From Octopus sinensis (lineage: Eukaryota), in the NCBI RefSeq assembly GCF_006345805.1, contig NC_043014.1, positions 27,404,001-27,468,000 of the forward strand: 64,000 nt of DNA, written 5' to 3'. The notes beneath the pieces were generated by a model. The model did not search any database. It was given only the letters and a program-made list of their open reading frames with translations, and had not been told where the DNA came from. Of the stretch, positions 40,728-50,558 are shown piece by piece. The translations under genes and the position numbers were made by a program. Numbering within the stretch: the first letter of the stretch is position 1; each line of letters begins with the position of its first letter.

Positions 40728-40773
40728 TCTAGGGACACCGTGTTTCAGGATCTTTGTCCTTCATCGGCCTAGA
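40728..40773 (-). ncRNA. Type I hammerhead ribozyme fold (CCGAUGA core)
   Basis: TCTAGG-CCGATGA-AGG(acaaagat)CCT-GAAA-CAC(G)GTGT-C-CCTAGA on the minus strand. Confidence 0.75.
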
Positions 40774-40820
40774 GTAGCAGACACCGGTCAGCTGGTGATA
40801 TTTGCCTCGGTGTCTGCTAC

Positions 40821-40866
40821 TCTAGGCCGATGAAGGACAACGATCCTGAAACACAGTGTCCCTAGA
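40821..40866 (+). ncRNA. Type I hammerhead ribozyme fold (CCGAUGA core)
   Basis: Stem I TCTAGG/CCTAGA, stem II AGG/CCT, GAAA, stem III ACAC(A)GTGT, GUC triplet ending 40860. Confidence 0.78.
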
Positions 40867-41186
40867 TGCAGTTCCGGCAGCCGGGGGTGTTTGTCTCCCC
40901 TTCGTATATCTATATAAGGACACAGGGAAAAAATGTGTCAAAGCTATCAGGAGGCGTTCGATGCTTCCTAGGGCTATACAGCGGTGGTGTACCCCCTACT
41001 GTCACGTTCTTGTTAGATTGACAGTATACAACCATTCTATCGCCCCCACCACCGCACATGTCTCTACGAGAGATTTAGAAATTCAATATTTCTTATTTTG
41101 ATAATCAGTGAATAAACTTCACTGAATATAGATATATAGAATTACGAAGCCGAGGCAAATATCACCAGCTGACCGGTGTCTGCTAC

Positions 41187-41232
41187 TCTAGGCCGATGAA
41201 GAACAACGATCCTGAAACACGGTGTCCCTAGA
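41187..41232 (+). ncRNA. Type I hammerhead ribozyme fold (CCGAUGA core), stem II mismatch
   Basis: Same fold; stem II AGA/CCT; GUC ending 41226. Confidence 0.7.
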
Positions 41233-41696
41233 TGCAGTTCCGGCAGCCGGGGGTGTTTGTCCCCCCTTCGTATATCTATATAAGGACACAGGGGGAAAAT
41301 GTGTCAAAGCTATCAGGAGGCGTTCGATGCTTCCTAGGGCTATACAGCGGTGGTGTACCCCCTACTGTCACGTTCTTTGTAGATTGACAGTATACAACCA
41401 TTCTATCGCACCACCACCGTACATGTCTCTACGAGAGATTTAGAAATTCAATATTTCTTATATATATATATATATATATATATAGTCGGCATGATATTTC
41501 GTTAGCCACTACACACATTTTTCTCTCCTGTTTGTCTCTCCTTGTTTCTCTCCTTGTTTTTTCTGTGTCCCTTTCTGTAGAAGAGCGTCGGCTTGAAACG
41601 TAAAATACTTTTTCTATTCATGAGCGTTATACTAATACATTTGTTTGTTTTGTACACCACCTGTCTTCGTGTTTTGTTTTTTTCGTAAACTCTCCC

Positions 41697-41764
<68 letters not shown>

Positions 41765-41802
41765 TAAGGAAATAGACAAAGAACATGCTGCCTTCACTTC
41801 AG

Positions 41803-41848
<46 letters not shown>

Positions 41849-42001
41849 CTGAAGTGAAGGCAGCATGTTCTTTGTCTATTTCCTTACTTTCTTGGAGATT
41901 TTAGGTAAAATTGATGTAATGATTGCATTGTTCAATTAAATGGAGTTGCGTGAAACCATCCTATGGCTTTACCTCGGATTATTCTTGTTGCTTATTTTGA
42001 T

Positions 42002-42059
<58 letters not shown>

Positions 42060-42082
42060 ATATGTATATACATATATTATAT

Positions 42083-42151
<69 letters not shown>

Positions 42152-42205
42152 TTGGTGAATTGAAGAAATGGAGCTGAACGCAGATTGAACAGAAATCGTT
42201 TTTTA

Positions 42206-42295
42206 TTTCATTCTACACGTGTTTCGAAAGGCACAAATTACCAAAATCCGATTGAATAATGGGACCATATTGTGTCTTTCTCTTCAGGAAGAAAA
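42206..42295 (-). ncRNA. Type I hammerhead ribozyme-like motif with extended stem II
   Basis: Minus strand CTTC-CTGAAGA-GAAAGACAC...GTGCCTTTC-GAAA-CACGTGT-A-GAAT; canonical core, palindromic stem III ACACGTGT. Confidence 0.65.
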
Positions 42296-42688
42296 AAGGA
42301 AATCCGTTGGAAAAACAAAAACAGAACAGAGGCGGAGCAAAAAACAAATCGAACTGTGCTCCTAAGAGCCCATGGCGAAACTGTTTATCATTGTATGTTG
42401 AGAACCGGTGGCTGAAGAATTCAACGGGTCAGGCATCGGTCAATCATGTGGGTGAGGGTGTATAGATGTTCTTTGTGACCGAGAATAAAGTTCTGACTAT
42501 TTAAGGAATATTGGATGTTTTATGAGGGGCGAGAAAAAATCTACTTAGAGACGTGTGTGTGTGTATACTGTTCTATATATGTGTGTGTTGGCGTAGGGGT
42601 AGAAAACATTTTTTGTGTACGTGTGTGCGTTTGATCGTTCGGCTGTCAGTGGCTACTGCCGTGATAACCGTTGGGTGGCACCGGTTTA

Positions 42689-43447
42689 ATGCTCAGTAGG
42701 AATAATTATAGTAGTAATAATGATATGAGAGCCAGTACAGTGACACATAATCTCAGCTCCAGCCAGGGAGTACCCACTAGGGGTATAGTTATAAATAGGG
42801 GTGTTGTGGTTGACGGTAACAATGGGAGTAGGGTAGAGAGCCCCATTAGCATCCCCAGCATCATTTCCCGCAATAGCAGTACCACGGGCAGTAGTAATGA
42901 CAGCACTCTGATAGATAGTGGAGAATCAGGGGTTATTCCTATAGTTAATAGTGACGTAGTGGAAAATAGAGTAGTAAGCGGCTGCAGGTCTCGGAACGAA
43001 TATAGTGACAGGAACGCAGTTCTAATTTCAGAAACTAATCCTAGCAGATTAAGATTCACGTCGGCGAACTCCAAGATCAAAAACGCCGTCTACCAATGCA
43101 AGGTTTACACGGACTCAGATGCCTTCACTTATGTAGGGGCATCATCCTCAAGATTGTCTTTGCGTGTCTCCAACCATTACGCAACTTTTCGGGACGTGAA
43201 CAAGCGCCAGACCACGGGACTCAGTAAGCTAATATGGCGACTGAAGGATGCGAACTTAAGCTATAGGCTGGAATGGTCAATTTTGTCGGTGGCCCTCCCA
43301 TTTGATAGGGGCAGAAGACAGTGCAACCTTTGTGTCTCCGAACTCTTCCATATTTTGTTTGCCAGAGGCCGGATGGTGAACGGGCTCTTACAGTCGGCTT
43401 TTCGATGCCCCCATTGGCGGCGTTACACTTATCTGGCCTTTAAATAG
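42689..43447 (+). CDS. Uninterrupted ORF: Ser/Asn-rich N-terminus plus PLE-type (Naiad-like) GIY-YIG endonuclease, no RT
   Basis: NAVYQCKV...TYVGASSSRLSLRVSNHYATF...TGLSKLIWRLKD...LEWSIL...CNLCVSE...CPH; first ATG at 42689. Confidence 0.75.
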   Translation: MLSRNNYSSNNDMRASTVTHNLSSSQGVPTRGIVINRGVVVDGNNGSRVESPISIPSIISRNSSTTGSSNDSTLIDSGESGVIPIVNSDVVENRVVSGCRSRNEYSDRNAVLISETNPSRLRFTSANSKIKNAVYQCKVYTDSDAFTYVGASSSRLSLRVSNHYATFRDVNKRQTTGLSKLIWRLKDANLSYRLEWSILSVALPFDRGRRQCNLCVSELFHILFARGRMVNGLLQSAFRCPHWRRYTYLAFK

Positions 43448-43534
43448 CGTTTATAAATAATACCGGCACCCATAGCCCTTGGTAACAAATTCTGAAATAG
43501 CCTTTAAGATATCTACGATTAACCACTGCAAGGG

Positions 43535-43610
<76 letters not shown>

Positions 43611-43788
43611 GACGAGCTTCTTTCAGTTTCCGTCTACCAAATCCACTCCCAAGCTTAGTCGGCCCCAGGTTATTAATAGAAGACGCCCAGAACTATGTAA
43701 TTAGGAAGCAAGCTTTTTACCACACAGCCACGTCTGAAACTATGTATATATATATATATATATATAATATATATATACATATACGTAT

Positions 43789-43864
<76 letters not shown>

Positions 43865-43890
43865 GATAGATAGATAGATAATAGATAGAT

Positions 43891-43926
<36 letters not shown>

Positions 43927-43929
<3 letters not shown>

Positions 43930-44305
43930 CGCAGGAGTCGCTGTGTGGTAAGTAGCTTGCTAACCAACCACATGGTTCCGGGTTCAGTCCACTGCGTGGC
44001 ACCTTGGGCAAGTGATTTCTACTATAGCCCCGGGCCGACCAATGCCTTGTGAGTGGATTTGGTAGACGGAAACTGAAAGAAGCCTGTCGTATATATGTAT
44101 GTGTTTGTGTGACTGTGTTTGTCCCCCTAACATTGCTTGACAACCGATGCTGGTGTGTTTACGTCCCCCGTCACTTAGCGGTTCGGCAAAAGAGACCGAT
44201 AGAATAAGTACTGGGCTTACAAAGAATAAGTCCCGGGGTCGATTTGCTCGACTAAATGAGGTGCTCCAGCATGGCCGCAGTCAAATGACTGAAACAAGTA
44301 AAAGA
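43927..44305 (+). mobile_element. Full-length octopus-type tRNA-derived SINE
   Basis: Head GGCGCAGGAGTCGCTGTGTGGTAAGTAGC..., B-box-like GGTTCCGGGTTCAGTCC, conserved body, tail GACTGAAACAAGTAAAAG. Confidence 0.9.
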
Positions 44306-44414
44306 AAAAAAAATATATATATATATAACTAATGAAGGATAAATTTTTTTTCGGGAAAAAAAATTTTATCAATGGCCAGCATATCAAAAAACACCTTTAA
44401 AGGTTAAATTTATA

Positions 44415-44450
<36 letters not shown>

Positions 44451-44557
44451 TTCTTCCCTTCTTTCCTGAGCGTCCAATAATACTTTATTTGTTCCACGTC
44501 CTTGCGTTGTAGTTTTTTTGTTTTTGTTTTCTTGTTTAGATTAACTATATATATATA

Positions 44558-45122
44558 TAAGAAATATTGAATTTCTAAATCACTCGTAGAGACATGTGCG
44601 GTGGTGGGGCGATAGAATGGTTGTATACTGTCAATCTAACGAGAACGTGACAGTAGGGGGTACGACTTCGTATTTGTATATATCTATATTCAGAGAAGTC
44701 TATTCACTGATTATCAAAATAAGAAATATTGAATTTCTAAATCTCTCGTAGAGACATGTGCGGTGGTGGGGCGATAGAATGGTTGTATACTGTCAATCTA
44801 ACAAGAACGTGACAGTAGGGGGTACACCACCGCTGTATAGCCCTAGGAAGCATCGAACGCCTCCTGATAGCTTTGACACATTTTTCCCTGTGTCCTTATG
44901 TCTGCTACTCTAGGCCGATGAAGATAAACGATCCTGAAACACGTGTCCCTAGATGCAGTTTCGGCAGCCGGGGGTGTTTGTCTCCCCTTCGTAAATGTAT
45001 ATAAGGACACAGGGAAAAATGTGTCAGCCATCAGGAGGCGTTCGATGCTTCCTAGGGCTATATAGCGGTGGTGTACCCCCTTACTGTCACGTTCTTGTTA
45101 GATTGACAGTATACAACCATTC

Positions 45123-45125
<3 letters not shown>
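44558..45125. mobile_element. Second rearranged cluster of the retrozyme-like repeat
   Basis: 44558-44899 are minus-strand pieces of the 366-nt monomer; 44900-45125 is a plus-strand piece with the hammerhead; (TA)n flanks. Confidence 0.8.
44909..44953 (+). ncRNA. Type I hammerhead ribozyme fold (CCGAUGA core)
   Basis: TCTAGG-CCGATGA-AGA(taaacgat)CCT-GAAA-CACGTGT-C-CCTAGA; perfectly palindromic stem III. Confidence 0.7.
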
Positions 45126-45153
<28 letters not shown>

Positions 45154-45180
45154 GTATATATATATATGTATATATGTATG

Positions 45181-45258
<78 letters not shown>

Positions 45259-46329
45259 GTATGTATGTATGTATGTATACAAAGTCCGCTGAAAAAATGT
45301 ATATACACTTAAGGATAGGACCAATCTGTATAAATATTTTAATTCAGTGTTATCCGAATTTGATAAAACATCGAAAGAGTATTTATATTTATATCGACAC
45401 TAAAACCGATAAACCTGTGCTTTGAAACAAAAGCACCCTGTGCTATCTGTTTCAGAGCCAACTTAACAAAACAATGCCCTTGATTCCTGCTAACACAATA
45501 ACAGCATACATAGATTAACATTGGACTCCTTTGACCTTTAGGGACCCCCGAGTGACTACCTAAAGCACTCATTTTTTAAGATACCACTGACCTACTTCAC
45601 TCGAATACAGTAAAACCCATTGCAAACCCATAAACAATAGCACTAATGTTCACGAAATATCATAAGATAATGTTTTAAAAAAATAAATAAACATGAGACT
45701 GATTGCGTGATCGCACGAATAGTATTTTGCTATTGTTCTCACCCAAACACGTGAAGATAGTTAAACATAACTTTCTCAAAAACTCGGTCTCCTGTAATGA
45801 AACGACATTGAATTAATGAAGTGTCAAATTTTTTGTGCAAGAAAACGTGCCGCTATATTTTAGAATTGTCAATAGAAAATGACATGTGCAACAAGGAACT
45901 TTAGATGTGGTCTCTGGACCAACTAGAAATAGAAACCTAATCTCCCTCCATTCATATTCTGCCGTAAAAAAAATTAAAAAAGAAGGCGGGGATTCCTTGA
46001 TCATTTACATAAGGAACGATGATCACATTTAAGGTGCCTATGACTATGGGTCTTTGATCAATGCATACACAAACACACACACACACACACACACAAACAA
46101 ACTACTGGAACCAATAGGAATATTTCATGTTCTGCTAGAAATAGAAGCCAAATCTCTTACATATAACATTCAACTGTCGATTCAAAAGTGACAAGGTATT
46201 GATTGTAGATATTAAATTAAATTTTTTTACATTTTTCAAACGTTTACACCTTCATATAACGGTCTACCTCCCTTCTAAATGATTACATATTCATATTTCA
46301 ATTTATGTATATGTATGTATTTATATGTA

Positions 46330-46605
46330 GAGGCACATGGCCAAGTGGATTGTGCAGCGGTCGAAGGATCGCGGGTTCGAATCTCAGACCGGGCGATGTG
46401 TGTGTTTATGCGCGAAACACCTAAGCTCCACGCGGCGAACTTCTGCTGACTCTTTCGCCACAACTTTTTCTCACTTTTTCCTCCTGCATCTTGCAGCTCA
46501 CCTGTGACGGACCGGCGTCCCGTCCAGCTGGGGAACCTATACGCCAAGGAAAGCAGGAAACCGGCCTTATGAGCCAGGCGTGGCTCGAGAAGGAATAAAC
46601 AACAA
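46330..46605 (+). mobile_element. tRNA-derived SINE
   Basis: A-box-like TGGCCAAGTGG, B-box GGTTCGAATC, tail GAAGGAATAAACAACAA. Confidence 0.75.
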
Positions 46606-46707
46606 TGTATTTATATATGTATTTACAAATGCGTGTGCGTGCGCCCCCATGCGTGTATGTTGTCTGTTAGAGGATGGTAGGGCTTCGTTCCCCCTGCTAG
46701 CAATATA

Positions 46708-46886
46708 TCAGATTGCGTAAAAAGTAAGCAACGTTTTAAACCATAAAAAATTTGTACCGGATTTTTTGCAGAGTTTTGAATTTTTTTTAAACATTCTTTT
46801 GCAATTGTCTGATAAAACAGACATAGACTTGCTCAAATGCATCTATAAATTAACACTGATATTTTTTCACTGTTGTTCCAATCATC
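46708..46886 (+). mobile_element. Mariner 5' TIR and 5' UTR, separated from its transposase by 7.3 kb of inserted retroelements
   Basis: TA then TCAGATTGCGTAAAAAGTAAGCAACG (mariner-TIR-like); ends in TGTTCCAATCATC, which joins to TGAAATG of the transposase at 54211. Confidence 0.65.
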
Positions 46887-48749
46887 TTTTTTGAAGCTGA
46901 GTTGTTGAAGTTGAGTTATTGAAGTCGAGTTATAATTGTGAGTAGAACGTGAATTTATTGTTCATTATTGTTGTTGTTAATACCGTTGTTAATATCGCTA
47001 AAATTTTGTGGAGTTGATTTTTTTCCATTGAGGAAAATGGAGAAGGCGCCAGCGGGCGGCCACAGCTATGCAGCCACAACTAGAAGAGGAGCAGAGAAAG
47101 AAGCATTGGAAACTTTTGAAATAAAGGTCGAGCCCAGGAAGATGAAGGCTAGCAAGAAGCTACTGAAAAAGGAAGGCGACAAGATAAAGTTGACGCTACC
47201 CAAGGAACTAATGAACAGCGTTATGAAGAAGACAGTGACATACAAGACCATGAAGGTTGCTACAGGAAATATCGAGATAGCAGCTGTGGAGGAGATTGAG
47301 AAGGTGTTGGAAAGTATGAAAAACGCGATCACCTTCAGAGCAAGAGGCAGAAAATATGCCACTGTGGACATGCGTTTCACATCAGAAGAGGAAGCGATAA
47401 GGCATGCGACGGAGGCAATCCGCTCAGAAGAATGGATTCTTCTGCCATCCTATTGCGGCAAACGTATGGCGAGAGTTCGGGTAGGCCAGGTGCCCCGGAG
47501 CTGGAGGAGGCATGGCTAATGACGGCCATTATGTATAACATGGAAGAAGAGGCCAGAATACTGGAGGCCACCAGAACAAATAAATTGGACTACTGAGGCT
47601 ATGGGTTGGAGTTAACAATCCAGGCAACAGTGGAAGACCTGAACAGAATAACAGAGGAGATAGTGTTACCTGAAGGTTGAGGGAAGACCACCTGTGTGTT
47701 ACGAATGTGGCGAAAAGGGACCCATGAAGGCGAGATGCCCACAAAAAGAACAGAGAGAGACTAAAGAAAATATCGAACATGCAGTGACAGTCGAGAATAA
47801 TGAGAGAGCAGCGGAAGAAGAATTCACGCTAGTGGAAAGAAAAAGAAGGAGGAGCGGTAGGGTAATCCCGCCACCGACTAATCAAAAAAAGAAGAAAGAA
47901 GAGGTGGAAAAGAAAGAGGTAACGAGAAAGAAAGATGATAAAAGTGAGACGGAAAAGGAAAGTGAACAAATAATTAAGGTGTGTGACAAGGAGGCAGAGG
48001 AGGAAGCAAGTATGAAGATGACAGATGAATTGACGGAAGACTTAGGAACTCAACTACAAGAGGATGAGATAGAGAAGCTGTTTACAGTGGAGACGGAGAA
48101 AGAGAAGGTACCAGACTCAGAGAAGAGTATAGAGGAATCTATAATAGGAAGGGTAGTGGAGGAATAAAGGAGAAAGCCGAGAGGAGGGAGGAACAAAAGG
48201 AATTTTGTGACCTATTCTAAGAACAAAGAGGTGGAGAAAAAAATCGCAAAGTTCAAGCACATCATAAGGGTAAAGTTACCTAACGACGTGTACCCAGAGA
48301 GTGTGAAGGCCATTGTGGTCGATAGGGAAACCTATAAGAAACTTAGAGACATGTACGGGAGTAGAATTGACCCAGCTGGAGCGTTGGTGGAGTTCAATGA
48401 GCTGCCACCAGTAATCGATTTGTTAGAACTGGAGCCGTATATGAGACGTTAAAAGGGAGAAAAAAAAGGGAAAAAAAGGAAAATTACTTTGTTTTTGAAG
48501 AAAAGGAAAAGGTTTTTAGAAAACAACGATAATTAAGGAAAGAAAAAAAACAACAGATAGTGACAAGACTGTGTACAAACGTTCAAATGGTACTGCATGA
48601 GGAGTGGGGCCCATGCGGCCATTTCATCTTTCATTATTATATAATATTCATACTCATTCGTTTTATGTTTTTTGCCCCCACTGTGGTGTTGTGTCTGTCC
48701 TTGTAATGTCCCATCTGTGTTAGTAGCCTGAGTGCCAAAATAAAGAAAA
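46887..48749 (+). mobile_element. Tx1/L1-like ORF1-only element A (HAL1-like)
   Basis: ORF1 from ATG 47037 (RGRKYATVDMRF..EEEA...LLPSYCGKR), zinc knuckle CYECGEKGPMKARC, Glu/Lys-rich linker, small C-terminal ORF 48207-48452, AATAAA; no APE or RT sequence. Confidence 0.8.
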
Positions 48750-48762
48750 TGTCCCAATCATC

Positions 48763-50545
48763 TTTTCGAAGAGATTGTATGGTTCAGAGTTGATTTTGTA
48801 TCGTTGCGGATAGGTTGTCCCTAGTTGAAAGTACTCCTTAGCGGGGTTATCTGTTGTTGGTAATAGTTTAACTTGTATCGTTTGCTTTTGTGGTGTAAAC
48901 ATTTTTCAAATGTTTACACCTTCATATAACGGTCTACCCTCCTTCTAAATGATTACATATTTATATTACAATTTATGTATATGTATGCAAGCGCGTGCCG
49001 GGAGCTACGCTTCAGTAGCAGGCAGAGATAATACTGCAGCGACTGTGAGACAGCTGGAAATCAGGGAAGTGCCAGTCGACTTCGAAATAGTGAGAAACAG
49101 CAAAAAATTGATACAAAGAGAAGGGTTAAGATTAAAATTGACGCCGCCGGAAGAGATATCAAGAAGCAAAAACGAAAAGCAGTAGTCTACAAAACCCTTT
49201 CACTGGCAAGTAAGAAAATAGAAATGGCGAACGAAGAAGATTTGGAAGAATGCTTGAAAGAGATAAGTAACATTGAATTCTACTGTAGAGGAAGGAAATT
49301 TGGTACAATGGAGGTGCGCTTCCCGACTGTGGAAGCACTCCACTGTAACCTTGAAAACGGAAAAATGGGTAGCGGGAATGAGGATTGGCAGGGTGCTCAA
49401 GAGATCAACGAGTTGTGACTCTTTGCAGCCATCCTAATAGACACAAAGGACGACCCTCAAATGCTGAGATGAGCCGTACTAAACAGCTGAACTGATGGGG
49501 ATATGGCCTAGAAGGCATAATCTAGGCCACCACACTAGACCTACAAGAAATAACAGAAGAAATAGAGTTATCAGAAGAGATGAAGCTGCGTGTGGTAGTG
49601 GAAGGAAAACCTCCCACATGCTACCACTGCAGAGAGAAGGGCCATATTAAGGCAAATTGCCCCCTTCTTAACCAAACATCAATGGAGGTGAGACAAGAGG
49701 AAAGTAGCAGGGACGATAATCTGAATGAAGGTAGATACCGAGAACAGAGATGAAGTCCAAGAAATACAGAGCAGGAAGAGGAAAGACATTAAAATCTCCC
49801 CACCCCCAAAGAACTCTAAAAAAAAAGATAAAAGAAAGAACTAAGTGACACACAAACGCCCACACAGCATTACACATTACAACAAACACACAAGAATATC
49901 GCAGACAGCCCAGAATCCCCAACTAAATATACACAACCACGAACATACAGCCCAGTAACTCCAGTAAAATATTCACAAGCACTCACAGACGATCCAGAAA
50001 CACAGGCAGTACAGATTCTCCAGTTGAATACACACAAGCAGACACACAAGAAACACAGAACAATTACAAATATAGGGCGTATTTAACACACTATTGGACG
50101 AATTCATCTATCGAGGAAAAATCGGAAAGATGAAGTCAGTGATAAGAGTTACAGAGGAGGACAACATACGAGTTCCAGGTATGGAATGTATATTGATAGA
50201 CATTAAAAACTATAAAAAGTTAAAGGCAAGCTTTGGTGACGACGTAAACCCATTAGGGTTGGAGGTAAGGTATGACTATCTGCCACTAGCGGTGGAATTT
50301 GAAAAGTTGAAAGCACATTTTATTTACTAAAATAATTAATTTGATAAACGTAGGCTTTAAAAAATAGAGGAAAAATATAGTTAAAATGGTACTACTCGGA
50401 AGTGGGTCGAGTAGCCATTACATCTTCATATTTATATAAATTCATTTCATCCATCCGTTTATGTTCTTTGTCCCCACTTGTGCTGTCTTGTCTGTCTTTG
50501 TTCGTCCCTTCTGTGTAAGGCCATATTGGCCAATAAAATTAAATA
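48763..50545 (+). mobile_element. Tx1/L1-like ORF1-only element B (HAL1-like), degenerate
   Basis: RGRKFGTMEVRFPTVE, zinc knuckle CYHCREKGHIKANC at about 49618-49660, C-terminal ORF 50094-50330 homologous to that of A, AATAAA; no APE or RT. Confidence 0.78.
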
Positions 50546-50558
50546 TGTTCCGATCATT

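Larger units (their letters stand above)
40557..41460 (+). mobile_element. Hammerhead-containing tandem repeat (retrozyme-like), 366-nt monomer with inverted 5' segment
   Basis: 40811-41460 is about 1.8 direct copies (GUC cleavage positions 40860 and 41226); 40557-40810 is an inverted partial copy; (TA)n on both sides. Confidence 0.8.

Noticed and set aside
42355-42395. CCTAAGA-GCC(CAT)GGC-GAAAC-TGT hammerhead-like string upstream of the GIY-YIG ORF
   Set aside because: The core deviates at G5 and no stem I pairing can be drawn
42706-43080. Leu-rich antisense ORF that looks like a membrane protein
   Set aside because: It is the expected complement of the Ser/Asn/Arg-rich sense ORF; no independent support
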